Notes: generated by a model from the sequence alone, not told the origin. A stretch of DNA of 62,787 nucleotides, filler included, from Corallochytrium limacisporum Hawaii (GCA_002811645.1; 4 parts of 4 records of this genome joined end to end with filler, not necessarily neighbours in it), one strand, 5' to 3'. Shown: positions 10,982 through 21,212, counted from the first letter of the whole stretch. Made by a program: numbers and translations.

Positions 10982-13900
10982 ATGGCACTGCACAGCGTTG
11001 TACAAATCGTGTCCACCCGACAGGCCTCCTTAGCAGAGACCTACCCGGAGGACGCATTAGTGATCCCTGCCAAGGGGCAGTCTGCTTTGCGTGACCCAGT
11101 CGCTTCGGGTATGTACGAATCCTATGAAACAGTCTGCAGCAGCAATGCGAAGGATTCGGCAAACGACACCCAGAGCACCGACGATCTGCCCGGCCACGGT
11201 GACGGGGGGAGGGGCGACACTGCTCGCTTTGAATGGGTGTCCAAGTGGCGGTTCGACAATGTAGATCGACAAAGTGTGGCCTCGAGCGCGGGTATAGAAG
11301 GCATTGGTGGCGATGCCACCGCTGACGATGAATTGCAGAAATTGGACAGCGGTGAATCACTGAACCAATTCCCGGTGGCCGTGCCGACCGCCTCCGACAC
11401 GGGTAGTATAGGTGCTCGGTCGCAACCATCGGATCGAAAGGGTAAGGAAAGAGCTAGGGCCAGCAGCACCAGTACCAATCTGCGCCGTCAAAAGACTGAG
11501 GACCGAGATAAGCGCGTCGTAGTGTACAACATTTCCCTTGGCGGGACATATTGCTGTAGTCGACGGTACAGAGAGTTTGCTGCCTTGGCACGGCATCTGA
11601 AGGACATGTACGGCTACAGTGCGTCGTTGCCGGCGCGGTGGCCTATGGTCTTGAACACAGAGCAGGTACGTGCGCGGAAACTACGGCTAGAGAAAATGAT
11701 GAACGAAATCCTTGGGGAGAAACTTGTGGCCAATGACCCGATGGTGCACCACTTCCTGGAACCTCACGCGATTGTCAACCGCGCGGACTTTGCGGAGAAG
11801 CTGCTTTCATGGATGGCGGATGAGGCGAACACGGACGCAGACAACAGCGTGCTCTTCGATCTACGCGGTTACGCTATCCTGCTGTTAGGCAATCCGTACG
11901 CAGATATGGAGTCGCAACAGGGTCACGTTGACATGTCCAAGAATCATCGACATCACCAGCATTCGGCCCACCAACAGAAACAAGATGACCACGATCAGAA
12001 TGAGCCACTATCACTCCCGCGGGCTTTTAGTGACGGTGTTCAGAACAGCGCGCCGCAGCAGGAACCCAGTCCGCCTACGTCAGGTCGAGTGTCACCGATA
12101 AAGAAAGTGGCGACGTTGCCAAAGCTGGCGATTGAGGAAGCAAAGACTATTGACCGGAATGTGAAGCACATGGGTCCGCTAGTGATCCAGCGTGGTATCC
12201 ACAATTTGGTCAGCAATATGGCGGACACCGTCACAAAGCTCACTCCTCGGGCGCTGCAGTCGCGTAGCAAGTCCGTAAACAGCGATAGATCGGGAGAGGT
12301 GCAATTTTTCACTGAAACACAAGATGAAGTCATGTCCGTTGAGAGCGATTCGACTGCCTCTGAACATTCGTTCGCATCACCGATGTTGAAGAGCGAAACT
12401 GCGCCACTGTTTGGCGACGGTGTGCGGCTAACAAAGTATGACTTCATGTTGCAAGAGGACGTGGAGTCATTTAGCTCTTCACTTAACTCGTCTTTGCGAC
12501 AGAGCCCTCCACGGAATCATGAAGTTGCCACATCTTCCACACCGCGAGGGCTTGGGCCCAGTGCTCGCAATGACTACAAGGACGAACTGGTCACCATCAA
12601 GGCCCTGCCGCAAATGAAGCTGGCACCAGCCATTCCTGCCAGTCACGCAGTCATGATTGATGCTATATTGGATCATGTGCGACGTATTAATAAGGACACG
12701 TCAACGAGCGAGACAAAGACTCAGATCCGACAGGGCGCGGCAGACGACAGACAAGCAATGCGAGAACGGCAGAGGGAGGACCGCATTCGGCGTGCCAAAT
12801 TGCAGAAAGAGCGCAAGGCGGAAAAGAAGAGAGACCATGGGAGCAGTCGACAGACACCTGCCTCGCCGGATATGGAGGAGAAGGACCAGTCTGTGCTAGA
12901 CAAACTACGGGACGCTCTGGCGGGCAGAGAAGGCCGCAAGGAAGCCCGACAGAAGGAACAGGCAATTATTGATAACCGCAAGCGCTCACTGGATGCAGTG
13001 GGTCGAGACATGAGCATCGATCTGGTTGATGACGAACTAATGGATCTTGCCAGTGCGGTCAGTGGTCCGCGCTTCTCTTCAAACCCAAACGTCTTGACTA
13101 TGCAGCGGTCGCTTTTGAAGTCAAACAGCATGGCTGTCGATGAAAAGGAACCGGTCACACAGGACAAAGGGAATCGATGTCGGAGCGACGAGCCCCCTAC
13201 CACTGCGCTTAATTCCCTTTCGTCAAGGATGCGCAAGATCTCTGAAACTAGCGCAGCATCCGGGACAGAGTCGCAGTATGGCAGCACGTCGCAACACGTG
13301 CGGACCGGTGCTGCCGAGGGGGAAACTGTCAGTATCAAGTCCGGAAGTGCTTCGAGGGCAGCGGAAAGTGCTGTGGCGGCACCAGTGGAGAACCCTCTGT
13401 CAATGTCCATACCAACCATCTTCTCGGAGAGTCCGCTTCAAAAAGCTTTCCGCGCGGTGGATCGGGAGTCGTTGAAACCGAATATTAAGCTTCAACCGAC
13501 GGAATGGCAACTGATGGACGCCAATTCGGGCATACGGGTTTTCATGCGGTCGCCCATTACGGTGACTGTCACTGGTGATGACACACCAGTTCCAATCTTA
13601 CCCAACGCACTTTCGGTGATGAGCATGGACGATAAGCACCAGCCTCTCCCCTCTAAGATGCGTGAGCGGAATGCCTCGGAGTCCGCGGAACCTGAGGTCC
13701 GCCTGCACCGCCTATCAATGTCCCTTGAACGGCTGCCCTCCGCTGCTGTCGTGGATGAAGCAACCCTCTCAAACCGACTGCCGCAAGTGGACGGCGTGCA
13801 GCTGACGAAGGCTGAACGGACTGTCATCGAAAGATACGCCCGCGACGCAGACTACCGGTACCATTTGCGCGAGGTCAAGGCGGAGTCACTCATGTTTAGC

Positions 13901-16900
13901 CCACCCCAAGCGGTCTTTGAACAGCTATATTCGCTAACGCATCGCCGAGACATTGACCCGGCTATGGCTACTTGTGCGGTGGTAAACCGCATTAACGAAC
14001 AGACTAGGGTTGAGCGGTGGCGTTTTCACAAAATTTGGCCCATCAGCTACCGGGAATTCAGGGTGCTGAGCCATTTCCAGATCCAAAGGGACGGTACTAT
14101 TGTTCTTCTGTACTTTTCCTTGCCCTCTCATGACCCGCTTGCAGAAGAAGAAGAAGCAGGCGCCGGGACGGCTACAAAGAAAGCAACGAGTGGACGCCCT
14201 GAAGACTCCGATGGCGACCCTCTGGAGCGTATCGACTCCAGAAGCAAGAGGAAGGAAATTCAGGATACCATTGCAGACGACCAGGAGGAAGGTACCATAT
14301 TCTATTCTGCATTTTGGATTCGACCATTGGGCACGGATCTCGGTGCGTCGTATGTCATGTACGCTGGTTGTGTGCATATGGGCTATGGCGCACCATCCTT
14401 TGTCGATCATTACATCAATGTCCAGCGGCCCCTGGCCATGCTCAGTCGCGTCGCGGAGCGCCTACGTACCTTGGACAAGGAGACTCTCGGTCTCATCAGC
14501 CTGCCGCGCAACGCCGTGCCACAGGTGGATGACTGTATTGGCGTCAATTATTTTGGCCAGACCGGGACGTTTGTGGGTGCCGGCAGTGTGATGGAGACGA
14601 ATCTGTCGTTCCTCTTTTTGGATCGCAACATGCATGCCTTCCTCTACAGGGGCCAAGCAAAAGGCTTACGGCAGCAACAACAGCAGCAGCAGCGGCAGCA
14701 GCAGCAGATGGTGTCTGGAGGAGATTCCACGGAGGAGGCTCCAACATCAGGCTTGCTGGCACCGGCCACCCAAACAGAAGACCTGCCATCCAAGCTTGGA
14801 TCGCCCCGGCGGACTGCGGACCAAAGCGGCCGTGACGATATGCTCAATTTCATCGACAACGCCAGTACGGATGTAATCGAAGATGCCCGTCCAGAAGCTG
14901 TGTCCTTACTAAGCCGAATCCGCCCGATCCTTGACACACGTGAACGCACTGATATTGCTATGGCCCTTAGTCAAGCGTACTATCGCATGCAGTACATGCT
15001 TAACGCACCGGTGGGCAGCGAAGGCTGGATTAGCGCTGGCGTCGCTGACGGTGGTGTCCGACTAGGTATGAACCCATCCCAGACTCAGTTTCAACTCATA
15101 CGTGCCGAGTTCTTTACCAAGGATCTGAACCCACGCCAGGTCTTGAAAGTCCTTACGACGCCGGCCTTACGGACAATTCTGATGCCGGGTTTAAGGCAAT
15201 GCCGAGTACGGCCCCACTGCCGCCTGCACACCGAGACTAGTGGATTTGATGTTGACATAGAGGACAACAACCAGCAAAATACGGACTTCCTGGCCGAGAC
15301 CAGTCCAGTGCGTCTGGAGCAGTGGGTCTACGGCAATTATCTTCTGCTGTCCCCACGCCACTTCAATGTCGCAACCTACGCGCAGGAAGATGATACAGGT
15401 GCAATTTTCATGGTAAGCACCACAACATCATCTACTGGAGATGACAGCGACTCTGCGCCAGCGTTTGGCAGCGTTGAAGGAACCATTGACTACTTGGGCT
15501 TCATTCTTGAACCAGTGGCAGACACAGTGGCTGACAACGCGCGCCCCAGCAGTACACTATTCCGTTCTACGCCGACCCCTTCAGGCAGAGCTGCTGCTGG
15601 CACGACCTCTGGCAAAGCCCGTGCAGCAGCATCGGCAACTGGGGAGAGCAAGAAACAGCGCAAGGGCAAGGGTCCTGCCATAGATGTGGGCAGCGGTGGC
15701 ACCATCGTGCATATGGTCTTGGCCATCGATCTAGATACTTCTTTGCCGCCGTTCATGTGGCGGGGCTTTGCGGAGGCGCACGCATTTGCTCTGAAAGAGA
15801 TCCCTGTGGTTCACCGGAGGCACGCTGCTAAACTGTCAGAGGCAAAGGTGAGTACCAGTGGAAGTAGCCCTGGTCCTCCCATAGATGCTATCAATCGACC
15901 GCTGCACCCGTTCGAAGCACAGGACCCAATTCGGTCCGGCGATGCCCAAAGCGAGGTGCTGGCTACCATCTACAGCAGCCTCTGTGGCCGTCACCCGGGG
16001 CTCACGGCCCGAGAACTCCCATCACCGGAGCGTGGTCGCAACCCTGCTGTATCCCCATTGCCAGGCGACGAGGCGGCAACGTCAGTTACATCCAATGTGC
16101 GCACGCTACTTCAGGAGAATCAGCGACGTACAGTGGCCTTCGTCCACCAGGGTGGCCTGGTCCTCAGCCGGCTTGTGATAGCTGCTCTCTACCTAAGCTT
16201 GCGCCTTGCGTATACACTTGTCTGGCTCTTCCTGTACGGCACTGTCGGCCTGACCGCCGGTATGATGCTATTGGTTCTCGCGCGGCCCCTGTTTCAACCT
16301 TTGCTGTTGACGGCCGAAGTTCGTGGCGACGGAGCGTTTGGGTGGACTGCAACTCCTGTGCAGCTGTCTTTCGGAATATCCGCCAGTTCGATATCATTTC
16401 AAGAAAGCACACGCATTGCGGCTGAGGGACTGCTACGCGAGATGACTGCTGTGACCGCAGGTGATCACACTGCGTTCGTGCGCATAGCAATGGAGGGCGG
16501 GCGCGGCATGTTCATCGCAGTGATGCGCGGCTTGGAATTGGTGCCAGGGTTTGAGCGTACGTCGGAACACATCCTTGGGGTGACTGGGCTGGTTCGCGAC
16601 CTCGCAGTACCCCGTGAGGTCTTAAAGCTGCCGTCCACAGCCGTCGGCGTTGTTGCAGTGCTCTGTGTTTCATCCGTTGCGGCCTATTTCAGTTTTGTCG
16701 TTTGTCTGGCAGCTCTAAGGCATTTGATTCTCATTGCGCACAACACCTTGCGACATCTGCGGTTTGATGGCACTTGGAGTTTTCGTCGGAGTGTCGCAGA
16801 TCGCGAGAAGAGCGACCATGAGCTGCTCAGAGCAAACAACCAAGTCTCACCGAAGCTTCCGTCTTGGCTGGAACGCGCGTCGGATATTCCCGTGCGGACG

Positions 16901-18673
16901 CTATATATTGACGTACACGAGGCCGTTGCAGCCCTACGTAAACGCCGCGAGCAGCGCGGCCTGAGCGCGGCCGTGAGTCATTTGCTCGCAAAGGCCGTCG
17001 GGGAGGTGCTGGCACCAGAGCTATCGAAACTGGGCCTGTCTCCGAACAGGGCCTTTGGTGGTGGCCTTGGCTCTCAGGATTTGTCTGTCCCGGAAGCGTC
17101 GACACGCACTCAGAACAGCGCGGGTGGAATGAGCGAGGCGGATTTTGATCTCTGTGTGACGCAATGTCCGTCTGTAACCGGTGCTGTCTACGGCCAAAAC
17201 TATGGCCTACCTGACCCGGACTCTGGAGAGTCCAGGTCGTACGACCAGGAGTTTGACGGGGACGACTCCTCGGACAACGAAGATGATGACACAATCCTCC
17301 ATGAAGGTGTCGACATTGACGAGCAGGACATGGACCCGACGGTCACGTCTGCATTCTTTGGCAATATTGTTGGCTGTCGGCACGTCGTGCTTACGCGAAT
17401 CCGGGCCATGACTCTGCGCCAAGTCAGCCACGCGCTAGCTATGCGCTGGGCCTATGCGCGACCGACGGGTGAGCTGGCAGCACCGTCCCTGCTGCCAGCT
17501 ACTTTCTTGCGGGCCACGACGTGGCTGCTCGGACTCACTGTGGAGACGCAACGTCATATTCTGCACCGCGCGCATTGTGGAGAGGCCGGTATGCTGGTCA
17601 ATATCAGGCCGCCGCCCCCCTCGTCGTCAGCCTCGGTGGCGAGAACGAAAGGTTCAAAAAAGGACAGCAGCGGCACGCCGTCCGTGGACATGGACAGCAG
17701 TGTAGCCCTGCCACTCTCTCTCCTTGACCCGGCTCAACACGGTGGCACGCTGCGAAGTGGCCTCGTCGCCGACTTGCGTGCGTTGCGGTGGTACTTCGGA
17801 CGGTTGATGGCCGAGGTTTGGTACCGATATGTAGTCAATGACCCAAAGACGCCCGCTTCAGTCTGGCACCAATTTCATCATCACCGACAGCCCTCGATGC
17901 CAGTAGCGCCCGCAAAGGAATTGACAACGCGCGTGATGCTACGGACTCTACTCTTTGGTCTTGGTCTCTGTTTCTACCTCATCATTTGGTGGCCACTGCG
18001 GGAGCTTTTACGAACTGTCTTTGCGGAGGAAGTAGCCGCAGTGCGTGATACTGCGGACTCCATCTCTTCGTCCCAGCATTACCATCGACACCGCCACACG
18101 CACCGCGGCGTGGGAGCGAGAGTTGGTGGGGTTCAAGGGTCTCTTTCGTCGCAGCAGCGTCCCTCAGCTCTGGTTGCTCTGCTTGGCTATGGGCAGCGTA
18201 CCCTCAATCGCCGCCTGGTCCACGACCTCGCTGCATACATTACCGCAAGCAAGCCAAAAGCGCATTATACACCCGTACCGGCTCTGGCCCCATCCGTCAG
18301 TGGCGGCGGCGGTAGCAGCGCCAATGATAACGAGGAGGATGCGATCGAGCAGCATGGACCGCTCTGTCTGGATGATCTGCGAGTCATGATCCTAGCTGGT
18401 CGAATCCAGCTCATGCAGACACCGTCAGACATGCTGCAGACGGTCGCAGCCCCTACACAATGTCTACCTGGTGGTATTGGAGGTGCACTGGCCACATTGG
18501 GCAAGGAGGCGCTGTTCAAGCACTCGAAGTCTGGATCGAAGACTCAGGCCGGGCAGGGCCTACCGAGGCTTCACCTCGTGCTCACTGTCGCCTTCGATGG
18601 CAGCGTCTTGCCACACAACTTTGCGAGCACTTTTGGACGTGCTCTGAATGAGGCGATGCAGCTGCCCGCGTAA
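10982..18673 (+). CDS. 2563-aa multidomain protein: SNX27-like PX domain, two START/SRPBCC lipid-binding domains, transmembrane helices, C-terminal degenerate 2-oxoacid dehydrogenase E2-like domain
   Basis: 7.7-kb stop-free ORF with A at -3 of the ATG. PX at about 11510-11762 (VVYNI..CSRRYREFAAL..LPARWP..RARKLRLEK..HFL). START-like regions at about 13500-14470 (W....GIRVF, IWPISYREF, DGT, GTIFYSAFWIRP) and 15020-15800 (LLSPRHF, VEGTIDYLGFILEP, IDLDTSLP). Hydrophobic helices at about 16150-16290, 16640-16740 and 17935-18000. E2-like termini at about 16880-17035 and 18570-18670. Confidence 0.85.
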   Translation: MALHSVVQIVSTRQASLAETYPEDALVIPAKGQSALRDPVASGMYESYETVCSSNAKDSANDTQSTDDLPGHGDGGRGDTARFEWVSKWRFDNVDRQSVASSAGIEGIGGDATADDELQKLDSGESLNQFPVAVPTASDTGSIGARSQPSDRKGKERARASSTSTNLRRQKTEDRDKRVVVYNISLGGTYCCSRRYREFAALARHLKDMYGYSASLPARWPMVLNTEQVRARKLRLEKMMNEILGEKLVANDPMVHHFLEPHAIVNRADFAEKLLSWMADEANTDADNSVLFDLRGYAILLLGNPYADMESQQGHVDMSKNHRHHQHSAHQQKQDDHDQNEPLSLPRAFSDGVQNSAPQQEPSPPTSGRVSPIKKVATLPKLAIEEAKTIDRNVKHMGPLVIQRGIHNLVSNMADTVTKLTPRALQSRSKSVNSDRSGEVQFFTETQDEVMSVESDSTASEHSFASPMLKSETAPLFGDGVRLTKYDFMLQEDVESFSSSLNSSLRQSPPRNHEVATSSTPRGLGPSARNDYKDELVTIKALPQMKLAPAIPASHAVMIDAILDHVRRINKDTSTSETKTQIRQGAADDRQAMRERQREDRIRRAKLQKERKAEKKRDHGSSRQTPASPDMEEKDQSVLDKLRDALAGREGRKEARQKEQAIIDNRKRSLDAVGRDMSIDLVDDELMDLASAVSGPRFSSNPNVLTMQRSLLKSNSMAVDEKEPVTQDKGNRCRSDEPPTTALNSLSSRMRKISETSAASGTESQYGSTSQHVRTGAAEGETVSIKSGSASRAAESAVAAPVENPLSMSIPTIFSESPLQKAFRAVDRESLKPNIKLQPTEWQLMDANSGIRVFMRSPITVTVTGDDTPVPILPNALSVMSMDDKHQPLPSKMRERNASESAEPEVRLHRLSMSLERLPSAAVVDEATLSNRLPQVDGVQLTKAERTVIERYARDADYRYHLREVKAESLMFSPPQAVFEQLYSLTHRRDIDPAMATCAVVNRINEQTRVERWRFHKIWPISYREFRVLSHFQIQRDGTIVLLYFSLPSHDPLAEEEEAGAGTATKKATSGRPEDSDGDPLERIDSRSKRKEIQDTIADDQEEGTIFYSAFWIRPLGTDLGASYVMYAGCVHMGYGAPSFVDHYINVQRPLAMLSRVAERLRTLDKETLGLISLPRNAVPQVDDCIGVNYFGQTGTFVGAGSVMETNLSFLFLDRNMHAFLYRGQAKGLRQQQQQQQRQQQQMVSGGDSTEEAPTSGLLAPATQTEDLPSKLGSPRRTADQSGRDDMLNFIDNASTDVIEDARPEAVSLLSRIRPILDTRERTDIAMALSQAYYRMQYMLNAPVGSEGWISAGVADGGVRLGMNPSQTQFQLIRAEFFTKDLNPRQVLKVLTTPALRTILMPGLRQCRVRPHCRLHTETSGFDVDIEDNNQQNTDFLAETSPVRLEQWVYGNYLLLSPRHFNVATYAQEDDTGAIFMVSTTTSSTGDDSDSAPAFGSVEGTIDYLGFILEPVADTVADNARPSSTLFRSTPTPSGRAAAGTTSGKARAAASATGESKKQRKGKGPAIDVGSGGTIVHMVLAIDLDTSLPPFMWRGFAEAHAFALKEIPVVHRRHAAKLSEAKVSTSGSSPGPPIDAINRPLHPFEAQDPIRSGDAQSEVLATIYSSLCGRHPGLTARELPSPERGRNPAVSPLPGDEAATSVTSNVRTLLQENQRRTVAFVHQGGLVLSRLVIAALYLSLRLAYTLVWLFLYGTVGLTAGMMLLVLARPLFQPLLLTAEVRGDGAFGWTATPVQLSFGISASSISFQESTRIAAEGLLREMTAVTAGDHTAFVRIAMEGGRGMFIAVMRGLELVPGFERTSEHILGVTGLVRDLAVPREVLKLPSTAVGVVAVLCVSSVAAYFSFVVCLAALRHLILIAHNTLRHLRFDGTWSFRRSVADREKSDHELLRANNQVSPKLPSWLERASDIPVRTLYIDVHEAVAALRKRREQRGLSAAVSHLLAKAVGEVLAPELSKLGLSPNRAFGGGLGSQDLSVPEASTRTQNSAGGMSEADFDLCVTQCPSVTGAVYGQNYGLPDPDSGESRSYDQEFDGDDSSDNEDDDTILHEGVDIDEQDMDPTVTSAFFGNIVGCRHVVLTRIRAMTLRQVSHALAMRWAYARPTGELAAPSLLPATFLRATTWLLGLTVETQRHILHRAHCGEAGMLVNIRPPPPSSSASVARTKGSKKDSSGTPSVDMDSSVALPLSLLDPAQHGGTLRSGLVADLRALRWYFGRLMAEVWYRYVVNDPKTPASVWHQFHHHRQPSMPVAPAKELTTRVMLRTLLFGLGLCFYLIIWWPLRELLRTVFAEEVAAVRDTADSISSSQHYHRHRHTHRGVGARVGGVQGSLSSQQRPSALVALLGYGQRTLNRRLVHDLAAYITASKPKAHYTPVPALAPSVSGGGGSSANDNEEDAIEQHGPLCLDDLRVMILAGRIQLMQTPSDMLQTVAAPTQCLPGGIGGALATLGKEALFKHSKSGSKTQAGQGLPRLHLVLTVAFDGSVLPHNFASTFGRALNEAMQLPA
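14672..14707 (+). repeat. Coding CAG/CAA repeat (polyQ tract QQQQQQQRQQQQ)
   Basis: cagcaacaacagcagcagcagcggcagcagcagcag in the linker between the two START-like domains. Confidence 0.9.
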
Positions 18674-18743
18674 CTGGGCACCATGGCCCTGGGGTAGACA
18701 ATCAATTTCTTCTTTATGACTAGATTAGATTACTTGTACATTT

Positions 18744-21212
18744 TTAGCAATTCAAGTCTTTTGTGCCATGGCTCTGTTGTTTCTTGTTGGACACATTAAG
18801 AAAGACTGCTGCTTTGGCTGCCAGACGCACCTCGTTCGAGGCAGCTCCAATTTTCGTGTGGTTCCTGCGTCGTTTACACTGATGTCTGGTCTGTAGCCTC
18901 CTCTCCTGCCTCCGTGTCTGTGGTGAGGAGCGATTGGTGCTTTCGAAACAGGTCTCTGCTACCGAAGGGACAGTGGAGGTGACGCCGCAAAGCGCTGTAC
19001 CAGTGCCGCATTGCGGTGGTTCCACAATGTGAATTGGATGTATCGTCGGTCGGCCGTGGGCACATTGGAAAGGCAACTTGCACAGATTCAGCTTGAACAC
19101 TACGTCCTTGGCCTGTTCCGAATCCAAGACTTGTCCAAATCTCAATGCCGAGTGGCATGCACGGCTGGCTAGGGCTCTGTGGAGGGGTGCTGGCGGTGAG
19201 TGCAGTGGAAGATGGGCAAGGCTACCTTCTTCTACGCACTCGCAGACCATCTCTTGTACCCTCCGGCGGATCACATCTGCATCAAATTGTGGAACAGATG
19301 CGTCGAGTGATTCCGCGTCCTGGACAGGGCAGATGTTTTTGTTTGTGGTGACTGGCATACGGGCAAATCTGCCGGATGCATTCCTCAGTACTACGTCGGG
19401 TGCCTCATAGACGCGTAACGCAAACGATGAACACTCGCTATCGGCCCTAGTGGCTTCGGACACCTTTTCGACATCGCAACCAAAGCCCCAACGATTCAAA
19501 CGGCTAGCAAACTTTTCAGCAACGACTTGGTGTCGGACAGTGGGTGGCAAGATGATCCGAGCATGCATTGGCAAAGCAATGGGTTTAGTTAGGGATATCT
19601 CGTGACAGGGAGCTCCCGCGGTTGAGCGCCGACTTGCTTCACTTGTGGCCATGTGCAGCAATTTTTCAAAGATGATGCGTTCGTCTGCTGCATGCTGGTC
19701 CACAAATGCCAGGACCTCAATGACCTTACCAGTATCCCCATCTTCTGCCATGCCGACCACGGGAATGTATTTTCGATCGATCTGAGCAAGGACGCGGCAA
19801 TCTTTGAAGAAGCTAACGTCGAATCTCAGATCACCGGATGCCAATGACATGTTCTTCGTATCCAGGTTGGGCAAAGGGCGGATGGACTTGCGTCCGCTGC
19901 CTTTTTGCGTCAATGTAAGAACCGATTTCAATGAAGTGGACTTGATGTTCTGATCCTGGCATTTAGAAAGAATCAGTGGCGTAGACAATTGTACAGTATT
20001 GGGCCCCGACGAAGAGCCCAGGTTCATCGATTTCTTTGCAATTGTTCGAGCGATTCTCTTGGCTGATGTCAACGTACTGTGTCTGGCAGCCTTGATGTTG
20101 GCTTGGTCCGCGTATCCATATTGCTGAAAGACGGTGTGCGCGATCTGGGATGCCAGTGACTCCAAAACGTAGTCCAATTCATTTGCTAGATGAAATTGCG
20201 ATAGCGTTCCAACGCGAGAGAACTCAGGATCATAGTTGTCGGAAAGTGTCACAATATCCAAATAGAAGGGGCCATGTCGATCGACGTACCGATTAGGGTC
20301 TGTTTGGTGTACTCGGCGGCCATTTTGACCAGACTCTCGGAGGAGAGTTGTGATCCGGTTGCGAAGCTTTCGATGGACCACATCCATGACTTCTTCAGGG
20401 GGAAAGGGAACAGAATTGATCATCAAAATGTTGGTGAATAAGCAAGACATAGGTGTAGTGCAGAGGACTGCATCACCTGTCACCGATGATGAATCATCTC
20501 GACATCGAATGCGTTTCAACCTTAAATTTTCGAAACCAGTCTGTTTTTCAACAATCTTCGTAAATCGCTCCAATCGAGTTTGGACCCTGTCCCATGAGAA
20601 AGGATGAGAATGACCACTCTGTGCATCATACAATTGGAATCGTATGCGAGGTCGCGCTACTGCAAATTGCCCAACCATCTCAACTATAGATTGTACCGTC
20701 TTTTTGTAATCTCCAAACATCTTCCGCACAGCCATATTGTGGAAAAGATTCTCGATGACGACCCGTGTGCCATGGCCCGGTAGCTGGACTGCAGCATCTC
20801 CCTGCACCTTCACTTTGCCGTCGAGCCACTGTTTCTCCCTACTCCATTCTTCGGTCTCTGTTCTGGTGTAAACGACAACAGTTGAGCAGAGTTGTATTAA
20901 GGCACTAAGCGCAAATCCTTGAGATCCAATTAGAACATTGTGAAGCTTAGATGCTGGTGACTGATCAATCACTTTTGAGGTAGCTCCGTTCGTACCCAAG
21001 AGGGTGAATGACTCACCGTATGGAATCCCTTCGCCGTCATCTTCTACAGTGACTTTTCCTTTGGTACCATCTATCGTGATGCATACTTCAGTGGATCCTG
21101 CATCGATAGAGTTTGTGATCAGGTCGCGTACAGCAACGACAACATCATTTATGCGATACGCCGCAGCGACATCTCGCTGGACTCCAATTGGCAGAAGTCT
21201 GATCGATGCCAT
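18744..21212 (-). CDS. MLH3: DNA mismatch repair / meiotic crossover MutL homolog MLH3
   Basis: N-terminal GHKL ATPase (NSIDAG, DDGEGI, TSK, GTRVVIENLFHNMAVR). C-terminal QIDRKYI, endonuclease motif DQHAADERIIFE, ACHSALRFG and CKLPFQCAHGRPT; FQCAHGRP is typical of MLH3 rather than PMS2. First ATG at 21212 (track start 21236 is TTG). Confidence 0.93.
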   Translation of the reverse strand: MASIRLLPIGVQRDVAAAYRINDVVVAVRDLITNSIDAGSTEVCITIDGTKGKVTVEDDGEGIPYGESFTLLGTNGATSKVIDQSPASKLHNVLIGSQGFALSALIQLCSTVVVYTRTETEEWSREKQWLDGKVKVQGDAAVQLPGHGTRVVIENLFHNMAVRKMFGDYKKTVQSIVEMVGQFAVARPRIRFQLYDAQSGHSHPFSWDRVQTRLERFTKIVEKQTGFENLRLKRIRCRDDSSSVTGDAVLCTTPMSCLFTNILMINSVPFPPEEVMDVVHRKLRNRITTLLRESGQNGRRVHQTDPNRYVDRHGPFYLDIVTLSDNYDPEFSRVGTLSQFHLANELDYVLESLASQIAHTVFQQYGYADQANIKAARHSTLTSAKRIARTIAKKSMNLGSSSGPNTVQLSTPLILSKCQDQNIKSTSLKSVLTLTQKGSGRKSIRPLPNLDTKNMSLASGDLRFDVSFFKDCRVLAQIDRKYIPVVGMAEDGDTGKVIEVLAFVDQHAADERIIFEKLLHMATSEASRRSTAGAPCHEISLTKPIALPMHARIILPPTVRHQVVAEKFASRLNRWGFGCDVEKVSEATRADSECSSFALRVYEAPDVVLRNASGRFARMPVTTNKNICPVQDAESLDASVPQFDADVIRRRVQEMVCECVEEGSLAHLPLHSPPAPLHRALASRACHSALRFGQVLDSEQAKDVVFKLNLCKLPFQCAHGRPTIHPIHIVEPPQCGTGTALCGVTSTVPSVAETCFESTNRSSPQTRRQERRLQTRHQCKRRRNHTKIGAASNEVRLAAKAAVFLNVSNKKQQSHGTKDLNC

